Shown here piece by piece: positions 49,886 to 58,909 of a stretch of DNA of 64,000 bases (its first letter is position 1; the number at the start of each line of letters is the position of its first letter). Source of the stretch: Candidatus Woesebacteria bacterium (GTDB lineage: Bacteria > Patescibacteriota > Microgenomatia > UBA8517); contig OY970314.1 in the NCBI GenBank assembly GCA_963716475.1, positions 10,479-74,478 of the forward strand, given 5' to 3'. Position numbers and translations under genes: made by a program. Under the pieces are notes generated by a model, which was given only the letters and a program-made list of their open reading frames with translations, made no database searches and had not been told where the DNA came from.

Positions 49886-50431
49886 TTAATTTTTTGATTT
49901 GTTTACCAAATTCTGATTTGGCCAAGTTTTGCTTATTTGTTTCTCAGATTCGAGCCAAAGAAGAAAATGTCTTATATCAGAAAGATAGTTTTTGATAGTG
50001 TTAGGAGAGACTTTCTCCCGCTCAAGCTGCCGCCTATAATCACTAAATATTGGATTAATACTAACTCCCTTGACAGGATTTGAACTGACGTTCTCGATGC
50101 CTTCGGTGAAATCATGATCGATAATGTGGCTTCCAAGTAGGAATCTTGACAGGTGCCTTAGGGTTGAAAGTCTGCGGTTTGTGGTCTTAGCCGGAACAGA
50201 ATTTCCAATCATGAAGTTTCTATATTCCTGAGCGAGCTCGGTGTTTAGAAAGGGGACAGTCTCAGTTAAAGATTCAATGTAGCTTCCCAATGATCTGATC
50301 TTCAATATAGCCCAGGCAAGGAAATGAACCAGATCGCTCCTGTAATTTTTATGGGATCGCGGGGAAAGACCTAGAGAGTTGAGGTAAATAATAAATTCTT
50401 TTCTGATTAAATCTGATTTTTGGTTGGGCAT
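49886..50431 (-). CDS. Tandem integrase-type SAM-like (core-binding) domain protein without catalytic domain (181 aa)
   Basis: First ~105 aa form a full Phage_integrase-N/XerD-N-like fold ('FIIYLNSLGLSPRSHKNYRSDLVHFLAWAI....TTNRRLSTLRHLSRFLL'). A second half-domain follows ('YRRQLEREKVSPNTIKNYLSDIRHFLLWLE'). No Tyr-recombinase catalytic region is present. The stop lies 2 codons in-frame before the giant ORF's ATG. Confidence 0.6.
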   Translation of the reverse strand: MPNQKSDLIRKEFIIYLNSLGLSPRSHKNYRSDLVHFLAWAILKIRSLGSYIESLTETVPFLNTELAQEYRNFMIGNSVPAKTTNRRLSTLRHLSRFLLGSHIIDHDFTEGIENVSSNPVKGVSINPIFSDYRRQLEREKVSPNTIKNYLSDIRHFLLWLESEKQISKTWPNQNLVNKSKN

Positions 50432-50466
50432 TAAGTTAAGGCTAGATTATACTAAATTATACTAAT

Positions 50467-50501
50467 TAGACTATTATTAAAGCATTTAATAAAGCTGTCA
50501 A
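50467..50501 (-). promoter_or_regulatory. Candidate promoter of the giant-protein operon (TTGACA-17-AATAAT on the minus strand, plus two TATAAT boxes downstream)
   Basis: Reverse complement reads 'cTTGACAgctttattaaatgctttAATAATagtctaattagTATAATttagTATAATctagcc', 30-70 nt upstream of the 50431 start. Confidence 0.35.
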
Positions 50502-50955
50502 GAGCCTATTAGTGGCAAATTTCAATTATGTTTTTTTATTTTTTAAAATATATTTCACGCAGTATATAGTTAAATTACCGCATCTATTTCACCCCTCTTA
50601 GATATACAAATACGATTAAATGCACAACTCATAACAGTTATATTTTGGCATTTTAGACACTATTATCGTGCCTGGATATTTATTGCGGAGATATGCGTTT
50701 AATAACGAGACGTTTTTAAAGTTGCGGTAAACTATATTGGATTACGCTATATAAGTATATCAAACAACATCTGATGAACATTAGTTCCGGAATTCCTGTT
50801 TTATGTGTGTAATTAGCAGTTTGATTAATGAAGTGCCAGGATTTATTGTACCGTTTTTGCTCCGTATTTATGGGAATTATATTTTTAGTTGGCTTAAGAG
50901 AGGTGAAGGAGTAAAAAAGCTTGATTTTTTTGTTCCTGTATATGATGATTGTATC

Positions 50956-51426
50956 ATGGACGAGAAAAGAAATACAAGGATATCAAAATCTGCCATATAC
51001 TTACTGGTCATCGTTGTAATCCTAATTCTAATCTTATTGTTTTTTCTGTATTTGATCCATAGCCCCCTCATCTTTAGAAGCGGAGCCTATACATCTACTA
51101 CCACAGTAACCCAGACAAATAATGTCCCAAGTTTGTCGACAGACAATTCATATGTTTTTGCTTCCCCCTTAAGGGCTAAAGCCAACGGAGAGCAAATCAG
51201 AATTACAGTCTTCATTCTTGATGACAGAGGCATTGGGATGTCCGGTAAAACGGTTTCCATAGGAGGCGGGGACCAACTTCAGGTTACGCCTGTTCAGCCG
51301 GTTACAGACAGTCAGGGAAGAGCCACTTTCGATATAAGCTCAGGCAGTACTCCCGGGGTTTATATAATTCAGGCTGCGACTGGCGGGGTAACGCTAACGC
51401 AAAAGGCAACTGTGACCTTCGATTAA
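50956..51426 (+). CDS. Membrane-anchored bacterial Ig-like (Big-1/invasin-like) domain protein
   Basis: TM 'AIYLLVIVVILILILLFFLYLI', then 'VFASPLRAKANGEQIRITVFILDDRGIGMSGKTVSIGGGDQLQVTPV..TDSQGRATFDISSGSTPGVYIIQAA', a typical Big_1 pattern. The ATG at 50956 is preferred over the 50803 ORF start. Confidence 0.55.
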   Translation: MDEKRNTRISKSAIYLLVIVVILILILLFFLYLIHSPLIFRSGAYTSTTTVTQTNNVPSLSTDNSYVFASPLRAKANGEQIRITVFILDDRGIGMSGKTVSIGGGDQLQVTPVQPVTDSQGRATFDISSGSTPGVYIIQAATGGVTLTQKATVTFD

Positions 51427-52361
51427 ACCCGGGGTAGACGCTTCGATCTTAAGTAATTTTGATATTCATTGATGGGATTTGAAGTATTTGGAGATACCTT
51501 TATCTTACTTCTTTTGGATGAAAATAGCGTAATAATAATGATCAAAATAATCAGTACTTCCAAGACGATAAGTACCCGCAGGTTTAATAAAGAAAGGATT
51601 AATTTCCAAATATTTTCCAATAAGGCAAGCATCGGGGAAATTACCCTAAAGGTCAGGGTGTTGCTCTTGGGGGAAGTTGACCCTTGAGAATATGTCGTAA
51701 TGGCAAATACGCGCCAGTTATTGGGTGATGCATCCGGCATATTAAAACTAAAATTACCCCGGGAGTCGGATTTAACAGTATAATTTGGAATATAATATGC
51801 CAAAGCAGTCTTTACGATACTAAAAATGGCAAGGCTTCTGCCTGTATTTTCCTCGGCCAGTACAATTTTGACTTCGGAATTTGGGATAGTGATTCCGCTT
51901 ACTCCGGTTTGAGTAGAAGGAGAAACAGTTCCCGCCTCCAGACTTAGGGTGGGTGGTAATATTACGGGTCCGATATCGTAGCTAAATTCATTTGCGGGAA
52001 GAGCCGGAATGCATGTGGGTGGCGTTGCCCTGCCGATCAAGTCGATTCCGGTTAAACATAACTCGGGGTAGAGAAGACCAATGGGTGACGGCAAAAAGGC
52101 TTTTGAAAATTCAAAATAGCCGTCGGTTCTGGCATATGTGAAGTCTTCAACTCCGTTACCTCTCAGTTCAACCCTTGAGTTTGAAGGCCCATAACCCCAA
52201 AGTCTTAATACAGGCGCTCCAAGGCTTGCGGAGATTGTCACCTGGGCCTCCTTAGTTAAATAATTCAGTGGTGTAAGGGCTGCGGCGGTTAAACCTTTAG
52301 CTGACAGAAAAAGGCCACACACAATGAACCAAGCTGCGAAGATTACGGCAGATCGTTTCAT
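51423..52361 (-). CDS. Secreted hypothetical protein with a C-terminal TM anchor and basic tail (312 aa)
   Basis: Signal peptide 'MKRSAVIFAAWFIVCGLFLSAKG'. C-terminal 'LIVLEVLIILIIIITLF' plus 'SSKRSKIK'. Confidence 0.5.
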   Translation of the reverse strand: MKRSAVIFAAWFIVCGLFLSAKGLTAAALTPLNYLTKEAQVTISASLGAPVLRLWGYGPSNSRVELRGNGVEDFTYARTDGYFEFSKAFLPSPIGLLYPELCLTGIDLIGRATPPTCIPALPANEFSYDIGPVILPPTLSLEAGTVSPSTQTGVSGITIPNSEVKIVLAEENTGRSLAIFSIVKTALAYYIPNYTVKSDSRGNFSFNMPDASPNNWRVFAITTYSQGSTSPKSNTLTFRVISPMLALLENIWKLILSLLNLRVLIVLEVLIILIIIITLFSSKRSKIKVSPNTSNPINEYQNYLRSKRLPRV

Positions 52362-52365
52362 GGCC

Positions 52366-53838
52366 TTAAAAAGTTGCGGTTACCGTATATTTGGCGATGT
52401 TGTAATAATAACCCGAAGGCTGATTACCCGGAACAGTTATTTTGTAGCAAACATAGACACTGCTGCCGCTAACGGGTCCTGCGTTACTCATTATGGCTTG
52501 CGCCGTTTCGCTTCCCCCCTTGTCGGCCAGCTGTTTTGCACTGAAAGTTCTTGTCATTTCATTATAGAAAAATGGGGCGTCACTTCCGCTTTGGCTGGCC
52601 AGGGAATAACCAAGGCCCGGATAACTTGTTGAGTTTGTCCAATCTGAAGCTACTGATTCTGAGCAATTACCCGAGGCACATACAGTATCTCTGATGCAGG
52701 TGGCCGAACCAAAAGTGTAATCTCCTGCGGAGGGGGAGGTACCGGTACAGGCATTTCCGTTCTTACCCATTTGGTCATTTTCTTCAATTGTTACAACATA
52801 TCCACCCGCCGAGTTTGTGTTTACAATCAGTTGCTGAGCGGCATAGTAGAAAGTATTGGCGGCTGCCAGGTGTCCCCAAGGAATTGATGTGGGGGTTGAC
52901 GTAACCGAAGTGGTTTGTCCGCAAATGGATGGGGTAGAAGTTGCGACACCGGATACGATAAAGGATAAACTTTCGTCTATCGTTGCGGATATTAAAACAG
53001 CCTCTACCAGGAATGCCCTGGGCACAGATGAATCCAAAGTGCCGTTAAGTTCGTTACGGGTTGCAACTGTAACACCGTAAATATCTGCCGTTCCCTGAGT
53101 ATGCCCCGTGGTAATGGGGGCGGGGTTTACTATGCCACCGCCTCCGATTGTGATCACAATCGCAGTTCCTCCCGTACATGTAGCCGTGTTTCTGGGAATG
53201 GAAATCGTGTGGTCGGTTGTTCCGCTTCCTACTGTTATAACCGGCGTTCCCCAGTCGGCAGGAGTGCATCCTGTGATACCTATATTTCCGGCCACAAGCC
53301 CATTCAAATCAAAGCCGTTGTGAGCAATAGTATCGGAAGAATCCGGGATTCCGTTATTGCCGTTGGCGTTATCCGCCATCGGGATCGTGATCAGAATGCT
53401 GCCGCCGTTTGGAACTTCGGAAGCCGTAGTAAAGGCTACAGTCCAGGTCCCTGACTGTGAGGCAACCGCATAACCCGAGGTGTCGAGATTGTCGGTAAGC
53501 GGAGTGGTCAGATTAAAATTTGTTGCGTTTACAATGCTGCTTACGGTGTATGTTTTATTTCCGATGCATCCGTTTTGTCCCGCATCTGTAAAACAGACGG
53601 TATCTCCCGGAAAAAGATGATTGGTATTATTGTCGGGGAAACCTGTACCTGTGATTGTCACGGCTGAGGATCCTAAAGAACCCGAAGCAACACCGGCCTT
53701 ATACGACAGTCTGGAATTTCCTATTGCTACAGAAGTAGCAGTCAATGCGGCATCCGCGTTTTTTGGAAAAAGGATGAAAAGGGCAGCCAGAATTGCAACA
53801 AAAACGCCCACGAGAACTATTGGTTTTTGTTTGTCCAT
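52366..53838 (-). CDS. Large secreted surface protein, paralogue A (490 aa)
   Basis: Signal/anchor 'IVLVGVFVAILAALFILF'. Paralogous over its full length to 54967..56472 (e.g. 'NSRLSYKAGxxSGxxGxSxVTIxxxGxPDNNTNHxFPGDxVCFTDAGxNGC', and the C-terminus 'SGSDAPFFYNExTRxxSAKQLAD...VYVCYKITxPGNQP'). Confidence 0.6.
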   Translation of the reverse strand: MDKQKPIVLVGVFVAILAALFILFPKNADAALTATSVAIGNSRLSYKAGVASGSLGSSAVTITGTGFPDNNTNHLFPGDTVCFTDAGQNGCIGNKTYTVSSIVNATNFNLTTPLTDNLDTSGYAVASQSGTWTVAFTTASEVPNGGSILITIPMADNANGNNGIPDSSDTIAHNGFDLNGLVAGNIGITGCTPADWGTPVITVGSGTTDHTISIPRNTATCTGGTAIVITIGGGGIVNPAPITTGHTQGTADIYGVTVATRNELNGTLDSSVPRAFLVEAVLISATIDESLSFIVSGVATSTPSICGQTTSVTSTPTSIPWGHLAAANTFYYAAQQLIVNTNSAGGYVVTIEENDQMGKNGNACTGTSPSAGDYTFGSATCIRDTVCASGNCSESVASDWTNSTSYPGLGYSLASQSGSDAPFFYNEMTRTFSAKQLADKGGSETAQAIMSNAGPVSGSSVYVCYKITVPGNQPSGYYYNIAKYTVTATF

Positions 53839-53893
53839 AGTCTTACCTAGTTATTATACTAATCCTTTGGGATCTTGACCACAACACATCGGA

Positions 53894-54970
53894 CTATTTA
53901 GTCTCTTTACTTGGAGGCGTCTCATCTTTTGGAGTATTCTCGCCTGTTATCTTGTCTTTGAGCTCTTCTTTCAGGGTCTCAAGCTCGGTCTTTTCCTCTT
54001 TGATTTCCTCGACCAACTTCTCCTCTTTCTTTTTCATTCTCTTGTACCACATGGTCCCTGTTAGGGCGATTATGACAAGCGCCAGGAGTATTGCCAGCAT
54101 TATCTTCCAAGGGAGAACCCACATGACAAAAGTAGAAGCAAGAAGTTTTCCGGTATCTCCGTAAGTTGCGTTGAGATTTACAGTAAATCTGCCGATCATC
54201 AATTTCTGCCCAAGCTCGTTGGTGTAGGATCTGGAAGTACCGGGGAATATATTTTTTGAATCAAGATTACTCTTGGCAACAACCCGGCCAAATATGTCTT
54301 TCAAAGTGACCGCGCCCTGGGGGGTAATGTGGTAGTTGCCCTGATTTAAGATTTGTGTAGTGATGGTCGTCGGCCCGTATTCCAGGAAAGTCGGACCCAG
54401 GAACTTTGTAACGGAAGCGCTTTCAGTAATGGGCCCCGCCACTCTTATGTATATTAATGACGCCAGACGTATTGCGATCGGAGTTTCCTGAGCAAAGGCG
54501 GGGTTACCCAGGGTTAAGCTTCCCGATGGCTGGAATAAAACTGCCGCATACCGTCCGCCGGGAGCGGCATTTGCAGGAACACTAATTGTGATCGGAACTG
54601 CCTCATTTCCCTTGGCTGCTATCGTTAGACTATCTTTCGGAACCGAGATCCATTTTGCTGCCGAATACTGTGCCGGGATTTGGGTTGTCCCTACCACTTG
54701 GGGATTGTCCAGAAACACCGGTGTGCCGTTATTATCCTCGACTATGAAATCAACGACGCTCAGTGTTCCTGTGACGGGAGTATCACCCTGATTCAGGAAT
54801 TTCACCGAGGTAGAGAAGTGTTCGCCTGGATTAATCAGTGCCTCCTGTTTTGGTGGAATAACGGTTAAAGGCAATACCTGTTCGGATTGAGCATGAATAC
54901 GTGCAGCTGCAACGATACCTCCAAGAAGAATTAAGAATGTTGTAATGATTAGGGCAGTTTTTTTCATCAT
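53894..54970 (-). CDS. Signal-peptide protein with two beta-sandwich-like regions, C-terminal TM anchor and charged coiled tail; DUF916/DUF3324-like architecture (hypothesis)
   Basis: 'MMKKTALIITTFLILLGGIVAAARIHA'. C-terminal TM 'WKIMLAILLALVIIALTGTMWY' then 'KRMKKKEEKLVEEIKEEKTELE'. N-terminal region homologous to 56540..57460. Confidence 0.55.
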   Translation of the reverse strand: MMKKTALIITTFLILLGGIVAAARIHAQSEQVLPLTVIPPKQEALINPGEHFSTSVKFLNQGDTPVTGTLSVVDFIVEDNNGTPVFLDNPQVVGTTQIPAQYSAAKWISVPKDSLTIAAKGNEAVPITISVPANAAPGGRYAAVLFQPSGSLTLGNPAFAQETPIAIRLASLIYIRVAGPITESASVTKFLGPTFLEYGPTTITTQILNQGNYHITPQGAVTLKDIFGRVVAKSNLDSKNIFPGTSRSYTNELGQKLMIGRFTVNLNATYGDTGKLLASTFVMWVLPWKIMLAILLALVIIALTGTMWYKRMKKKEEKLVEEIKEEKTELETLKEELKDKITGENTPKDETPPSKETK

Positions 54971-56472
54971 TTTATGTTAACACTTTTAGAATGTTGCCGT
55001 TGCCGTGTACTTGGCCATGTTGTAATAATAACCGCCGGTTGATTACCGGGTATAGTTATTTTATAACAAACATAGATACTACTTCCACTAACAGGCCCGC
55101 TATTGCTCATAATTGAGGCCGGAGTTTCAGCAGCAGCTCCGACTCCTGATACGTCAGCAAGTTGTTTTGCACTCCAAACCCTGGTCTTTTCGTTATAGAA
55201 GAAAGGTGCATCGCTCCCGCTTTGACTGGCCAGAGAATAACCCAAACCGGGGTAGCTCGTTGCGTTTACCCAGTTGGCTGCGGTTGATTCCGAGCAGGTG
55301 CCGTCACAGGTTGTGTCCCTGATACAGGTAGCTGACCCAAAAGTATAGTCATTGGCAGAAGGCGCAGTACCCGTACATGCCCCGCCGTTTCTACCCATTT
55401 GGTCATCCTCGTCAATAGTAACTGTATAACCCGAGGAGGCATTTGTATTAACCGTTAATTGTTGGGCGGCATAAACGAAAGTATTGGCTGCGGTGAAATG
55501 CCCCCAGGGGATCGAGGTGGCAGTAGCGCTTACCGATGCGCCGAAACCGCAATATGTACCTCCGGCAGCAAGCCCGGTAACAACAAACTGGAGAGTTTCA
55601 TCTACAGTTCCCGAAATCAAAACGGCCTCGACGGGAGCAACTCGTGGTATAGATGAATCAAGAATATTGCCGCTGCCGTCCCTGGTTTGTATTGTTATGC
55701 CATATACATCCGCAGTTCCCTGTGTATGACTGGTGGTTACGGGAGCGGGGTTGGCGATACCGGGTCCGCCCAAAAGAAGGGTAACTGCGCCTGCTGTGCA
55801 GATGGAAGAGGCTCTGGTCCAAGTGATCATCGTGTCGACGGTTCCGCTTCCGGTTGCTATTGTCGCTGTTCCCCAGTTAGCCGGGGTACAGCCGGCTGAG
55901 ACTACGGCATTGCTTGGTCCTAGAGTTTTTATATCAAACCCACTGTAAGCGGAAGAGGTGGCGCTGTCGGGAATGCTGTCATGCCCGTTGACACCGTCTG
56001 CCATAGGAATTGTTATTGTCAGACTACCCCCGATTGGAACCTCGGAGACAGTGGTAAATCCTATGGTCCAAATCCCCGATTCAGTGGCGATTACATATCC
56101 GCTTCCGTCAAGGGTGTTTGTAAGTACGGTAGTCAGATTAATGTGGGTGGTATCGGGAACGCTGTCCACGGTATAAGTTTTACTTCCCGTGCATCCGTTT
56201 ATCCCTGCATCGGTAAAACAGACAACATCTCCCGGAAAAATATGATTGGTATTGTTATCGGGGTAACCCGAGTTTTTAATTGTTACTACGGAAGTACCGG
56301 TCGTTCCGGAAGAAATACCGGCTTTATACGACAACCTGGAATTGGCCAAAGTTACCGCGGAACTCGTCAGCGAGGCACTATTTGCCTTTTTCGTAAGGCG
56401 GTCGGAGAGAACAGCGAGAGTCAAAACAAAAACGAGTGCAAATATCAATAAAACAGCTCTGCGCTTATGCAT
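54967..56472 (-). CDS. Large secreted surface protein, paralogue B (501 aa)
   Basis: See paralogue A. Shared motifs throughout. Confidence 0.6.
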   Translation of the reverse strand: MHKRRAVLLIFALVFVLTLAVLSDRLTKKANSASLTSSAVTLANSRLSYKAGISSGTTGTSVVTIKNSGYPDNNTNHIFPGDVVCFTDAGINGCTGSKTYTVDSVPDTTHINLTTVLTNTLDGSGYVIATESGIWTIGFTTVSEVPIGGSLTITIPMADGVNGHDSIPDSATSSAYSGFDIKTLGPSNAVVSAGCTPANWGTATIATGSGTVDTMITWTRASSICTAGAVTLLLGGPGIANPAPVTTSHTQGTADVYGITIQTRDGSGNILDSSIPRVAPVEAVLISGTVDETLQFVVTGLAAGGTYCGFGASVSATATSIPWGHFTAANTFVYAAQQLTVNTNASSGYTVTIDEDDQMGRNGGACTGTAPSANDYTFGSATCIRDTTCDGTCSESTAANWVNATSYPGLGYSLASQSGSDAPFFYNEKTRVWSAKQLADVSGVGAAAETPASIMSNSGPVSGSSIYVCYKITIPGNQPAVIITTWPSTRQRQHSKSVNIK

Positions 56473-56539
56473 ACCAACAAATTCTTATACATATAATAAC
56501 ACCTGTCAAGTAACAGTTGTCAAATATCGAAGGTAATAA

Positions 56540-57460
56540 CTAAGATGTTAGCTTTCTTATCGCACGATAAATGATGAATATAGTAATAAGTCCCAGAATA
56601 ATGGAAAACGGAAAAGCTACTGTATAAATTTGTTTTTCAATACTTTCACCTGACCCGTCAATAGTAAAACTTAAATTAGCCCGGTATATTCCGATTAAAA
56701 ATTTACCCGGCAACTTACAGGGGATTAGATCTTCTCCCTGGATGCATGAGGTTTGCCGGGATCCGCCGACGAGTATATTAAGGGGTGCCAGGTTTAGAAC
56801 GGTGGTTGAACCGAAAACTTGATCAATCGTGATTTTTCCTATCGGTTTAAAGAAACTGAAACCGGAATTTCCAATCAGAACGTTATAGTTGAGGCCGGAG
56901 AAGGAATCGATAATTTTTGGTGCAGAGAAATCCGTTATTGATGCTTTCTTTTGCGGGTTACCGTCTTTTGACACGGTTATCAGAATGTTTGCACCAACCC
57001 GTGACTTTGCTTGAGAGTTGTTGGTTCCCAAATTGCTGTCATTTTGGACTTCAATAATAAATGTAAAATAATAATCTTTTTCCTCCGCTCCCGGGGGCGG
57101 CGTAATTTTTACAATAAAATTATGGCTTCCGGTTGTTCCGAGAGATATAGGAGTGGGATCAAAGAAGAACCAACCGGTAAAAGCATTGACAGAATTTGTG
57201 TCTTCAATAAGTTCCGCATGACCCTGATTGTCAAAAGGTACGAATGGAAAAACTTTTGCTGCTATGACGACGGGTGCGCCGTCATTTTTTACCGTAAATG
57301 TTTGGCTGAAGCTTCTGCCGGGCTGAATTTTAAGTTCGGTTATGGGGGGAGCGATAGAAATGGAAATCTCCTGAGCCCTGACCGTCTTGGGAAAAGCGAA
57401 TAAGCCAATAACCAAATATGTAATAAAAATACAAAAGATTTTGAGTTTATATTTTGTCAT
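56540..57460 (-). CDS. Paralogue of the 358-aa DUF916-like protein (306 aa), with C-terminal TM anchor
   Basis: 'ISISIAPPITELKIQPGRSFSQTFTVKNDGAPVVIAAKVFPFV' aligns with 'LPLTVIPPKQEALINPGEHFSTSVKFLNQGDTPVTGTLSVVDFIV'. C-terminal TM 'FPFSIILGLITIFIIY' plus 'RAIRK'. Confidence 0.55.
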   Translation of the reverse strand: MTKYKLKIFCIFITYLVIGLFAFPKTVRAQEISISIAPPITELKIQPGRSFSQTFTVKNDGAPVVIAAKVFPFVPFDNQGHAELIEDTNSVNAFTGWFFFDPTPISLGTTGSHNFIVKITPPPGAEEKDYYFTFIIEVQNDSNLGTNNSQAKSRVGANILITVSKDGNPQKKASITDFSAPKIIDSFSGLNYNVLIGNSGFSFFKPIGKITIDQVFGSTTVLNLAPLNILVGGSRQTSCIQGEDLIPCKLPGKFLIGIYRANLSFTIDGSGESIEKQIYTVAFPFSIILGLITIFIIYRAIRKLTS

Positions 57461-58176
57461 CAGTAGCTTGGAATTGCCGTGTAGGTAATAATGTTGTTGT
57501 AAGCACCTCCCTGTTGAACCCCCGAGACATTGACTTTATAGGTAACGGTTGATTGTCGTCCGCGTCCGACATAAATAGATGACATTACCACCTGCGGACT
57601 TTGGCTAATGGATGCGTCTGCAAAAGGACGGAAGTAGGTCAAACCAGAAAAATCTGCAGGGATGTCATTGCCGGACATATTAAAACCAAAACCATACCTC
57701 GAGGTTGAACTCCAGACTCCGGCGGTGGTATATGTGCAAGCCGAATCACAATTCGTATTGGGAATAGTCGGGGTAGAATTGGGAATCTTCATCGGATGGT
57801 TTTCGGAAGCCTTGACCTGATATCCTCCCGCACCGCCGCTGGCAACAGTGAGGGTATTGGTTGCCGTTACCGGAGTCTGGGGGATCAGGTGGCCAAAATT
57901 AATAGAAATCGAAGAAACGGTGAAAGAGAACGGAATTATTGAATAAATATATTGAAAGCCGGATTTGACAAGGTAGCCGCTTGACGTAGCAAGTCCCTGT
58001 GCCGTTTGTCCGATTGTTGTACCGAGTCTGTATTGGTCTGATGTAGGTATACCTGCGCCTGAGTTCAAATTTGGCATCTGGATGGTATAGTTTGGAGACT
58101 GAATTACGCCCTGGGCGTGAACAGAGCCGATAAGAGGTACGATCAGGCCGATAATGAACTTAAGCATTGCATTCAA
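57460..58176 (-). CDS. Secreted beta-rich hypothetical protein (238 aa)
   Basis: Signal peptide 'MLKFIIGLIVPLIGSVHA'. S/T/G/N-rich. Start overlaps the stop of the downstream gene in an operon arrangement. Confidence 0.5.
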   Translation of the reverse strand: MNAMLKFIIGLIVPLIGSVHAQGVIQSPNYTIQMPNLNSGAGIPTSDQYRLGTTIGQTAQGLATSSGYLVKSGFQYIYSIIPFSFTVSSISINFGHLIPQTPVTATNTLTVASGGAGGYQVKASENHPMKIPNSTPTIPNTNCDSACTYTTAGVWSSTSRYGFGFNMSGNDIPADFSGLTYFRPFADASISQSPQVVMSSIYVGRGRQSTVTYKVNVSGVQQGGAYNNIITYTAIPSY

Positions 58177-58853
58177 ATTTTCTTTTCCATAGTACGCCCG
58201 CTTAAGAATAAATCATAAATTTGCCTATACAGGGAGTTAATTCTTTCTTTTTTATCAAGCTCAATCGACGGATCATTACTGAGTTTTTGTAAATATTCCT
58301 GGATTCTTAATAGTCGCCTTCGGAAATCTCCTTCGGTCCAACTTGTTACATCAACTTTATTCATCTGGACTTTCTGGGATAGCCCAGTAATTATTTTTTT
58401 GTCTGTGAGAACTTTCAAATATTGTTTTCCAAAGAGAACGGAGAGTGGGGCAATAGCCAGAAGGGAGCCGATTTGAAGTAAATCAAGCCAAAAATCTCCT
58501 TTAGGCGCCACGATAAACAGTAGTGCGAAAGTGACGGTAATTGCCGTTGCCGTAATAGGTGAGGAAAAAAGTGCAACTCCAAAGAGCAAAAAATAACTCA
58601 AGAAAAAAACCGGAGACGTAAAACCACCGGTTGTAAAAACCAAAAGCGAAATTGTCAAGGAAAAAACCAAAACATCGAGAGTAACCTTCAGGTCTATAGA
58701 TAGTATGTGCTTTCTTATCAAAAATGAGACCCCGACGTAGACGGTCATCATGAGTGCTGCTATCTGCAGACCATAGTTTGATAAAGGACTTACCGAAATC
58801 AGGAAAGCAACTACGACTGTGACGGCGGCGAGAATGGGCGAAACAAATTGCAT
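58173..58853 (-). CDS. Integral membrane hypothetical protein (226 aa, ~6 TM) with a cytoplasmic charged C-terminus
   Basis: Hydrophobic segments throughout the first 150 aa. First gene of the minus-strand surface-protein operon. Confidence 0.5.
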   Translation of the reverse strand: MQFVSPILAAVTVVVAFLISVSPLSNYGLQIAALMMTVYVGVSFLIRKHILSIDLKVTLDVLVFSLTISLLVFTTGGFTSPVFFLSYFLLFGVALFSSPITATAITVTFALLFIVAPKGDFWLDLLQIGSLLAIAPLSVLFGKQYLKVLTDKKIITGLSQKVQMNKVDVTSWTEGDFRRRLLRIQEYLQKLSNDPSIELDKKERINSLYRQIYDLFLSGRTMEKKI

Positions 58854-58909
58854 ATCTTCTAAAAGTATATGACAAGTGTTAAAATTTGCAAAGCTCGGTC
58901 TAGATTTTT

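Noticed and set aside
49886-50431. Calling the SAM-like domain gene an integrase or mobile element
   Set aside because: Only the N-terminal core-binding domain is present. There is no catalytic R-K-H-R-H-Y region anywhere nearby, so it is not a functional tyrosine recombinase. It is reported as an unusual domain instead.
50431-50955. ~0.5-kb very AT-rich intergenic region with short direct repeats ('attatactaa' x2) and a 'ggaattcc' palindrome; considered as an origin or iteron region
   Set aside because: No DnaA-box-like 9-mers or ordered iterons are recognisable. It is more simply explained as the divergent promoter region for the giant operon and the Big-1 gene.
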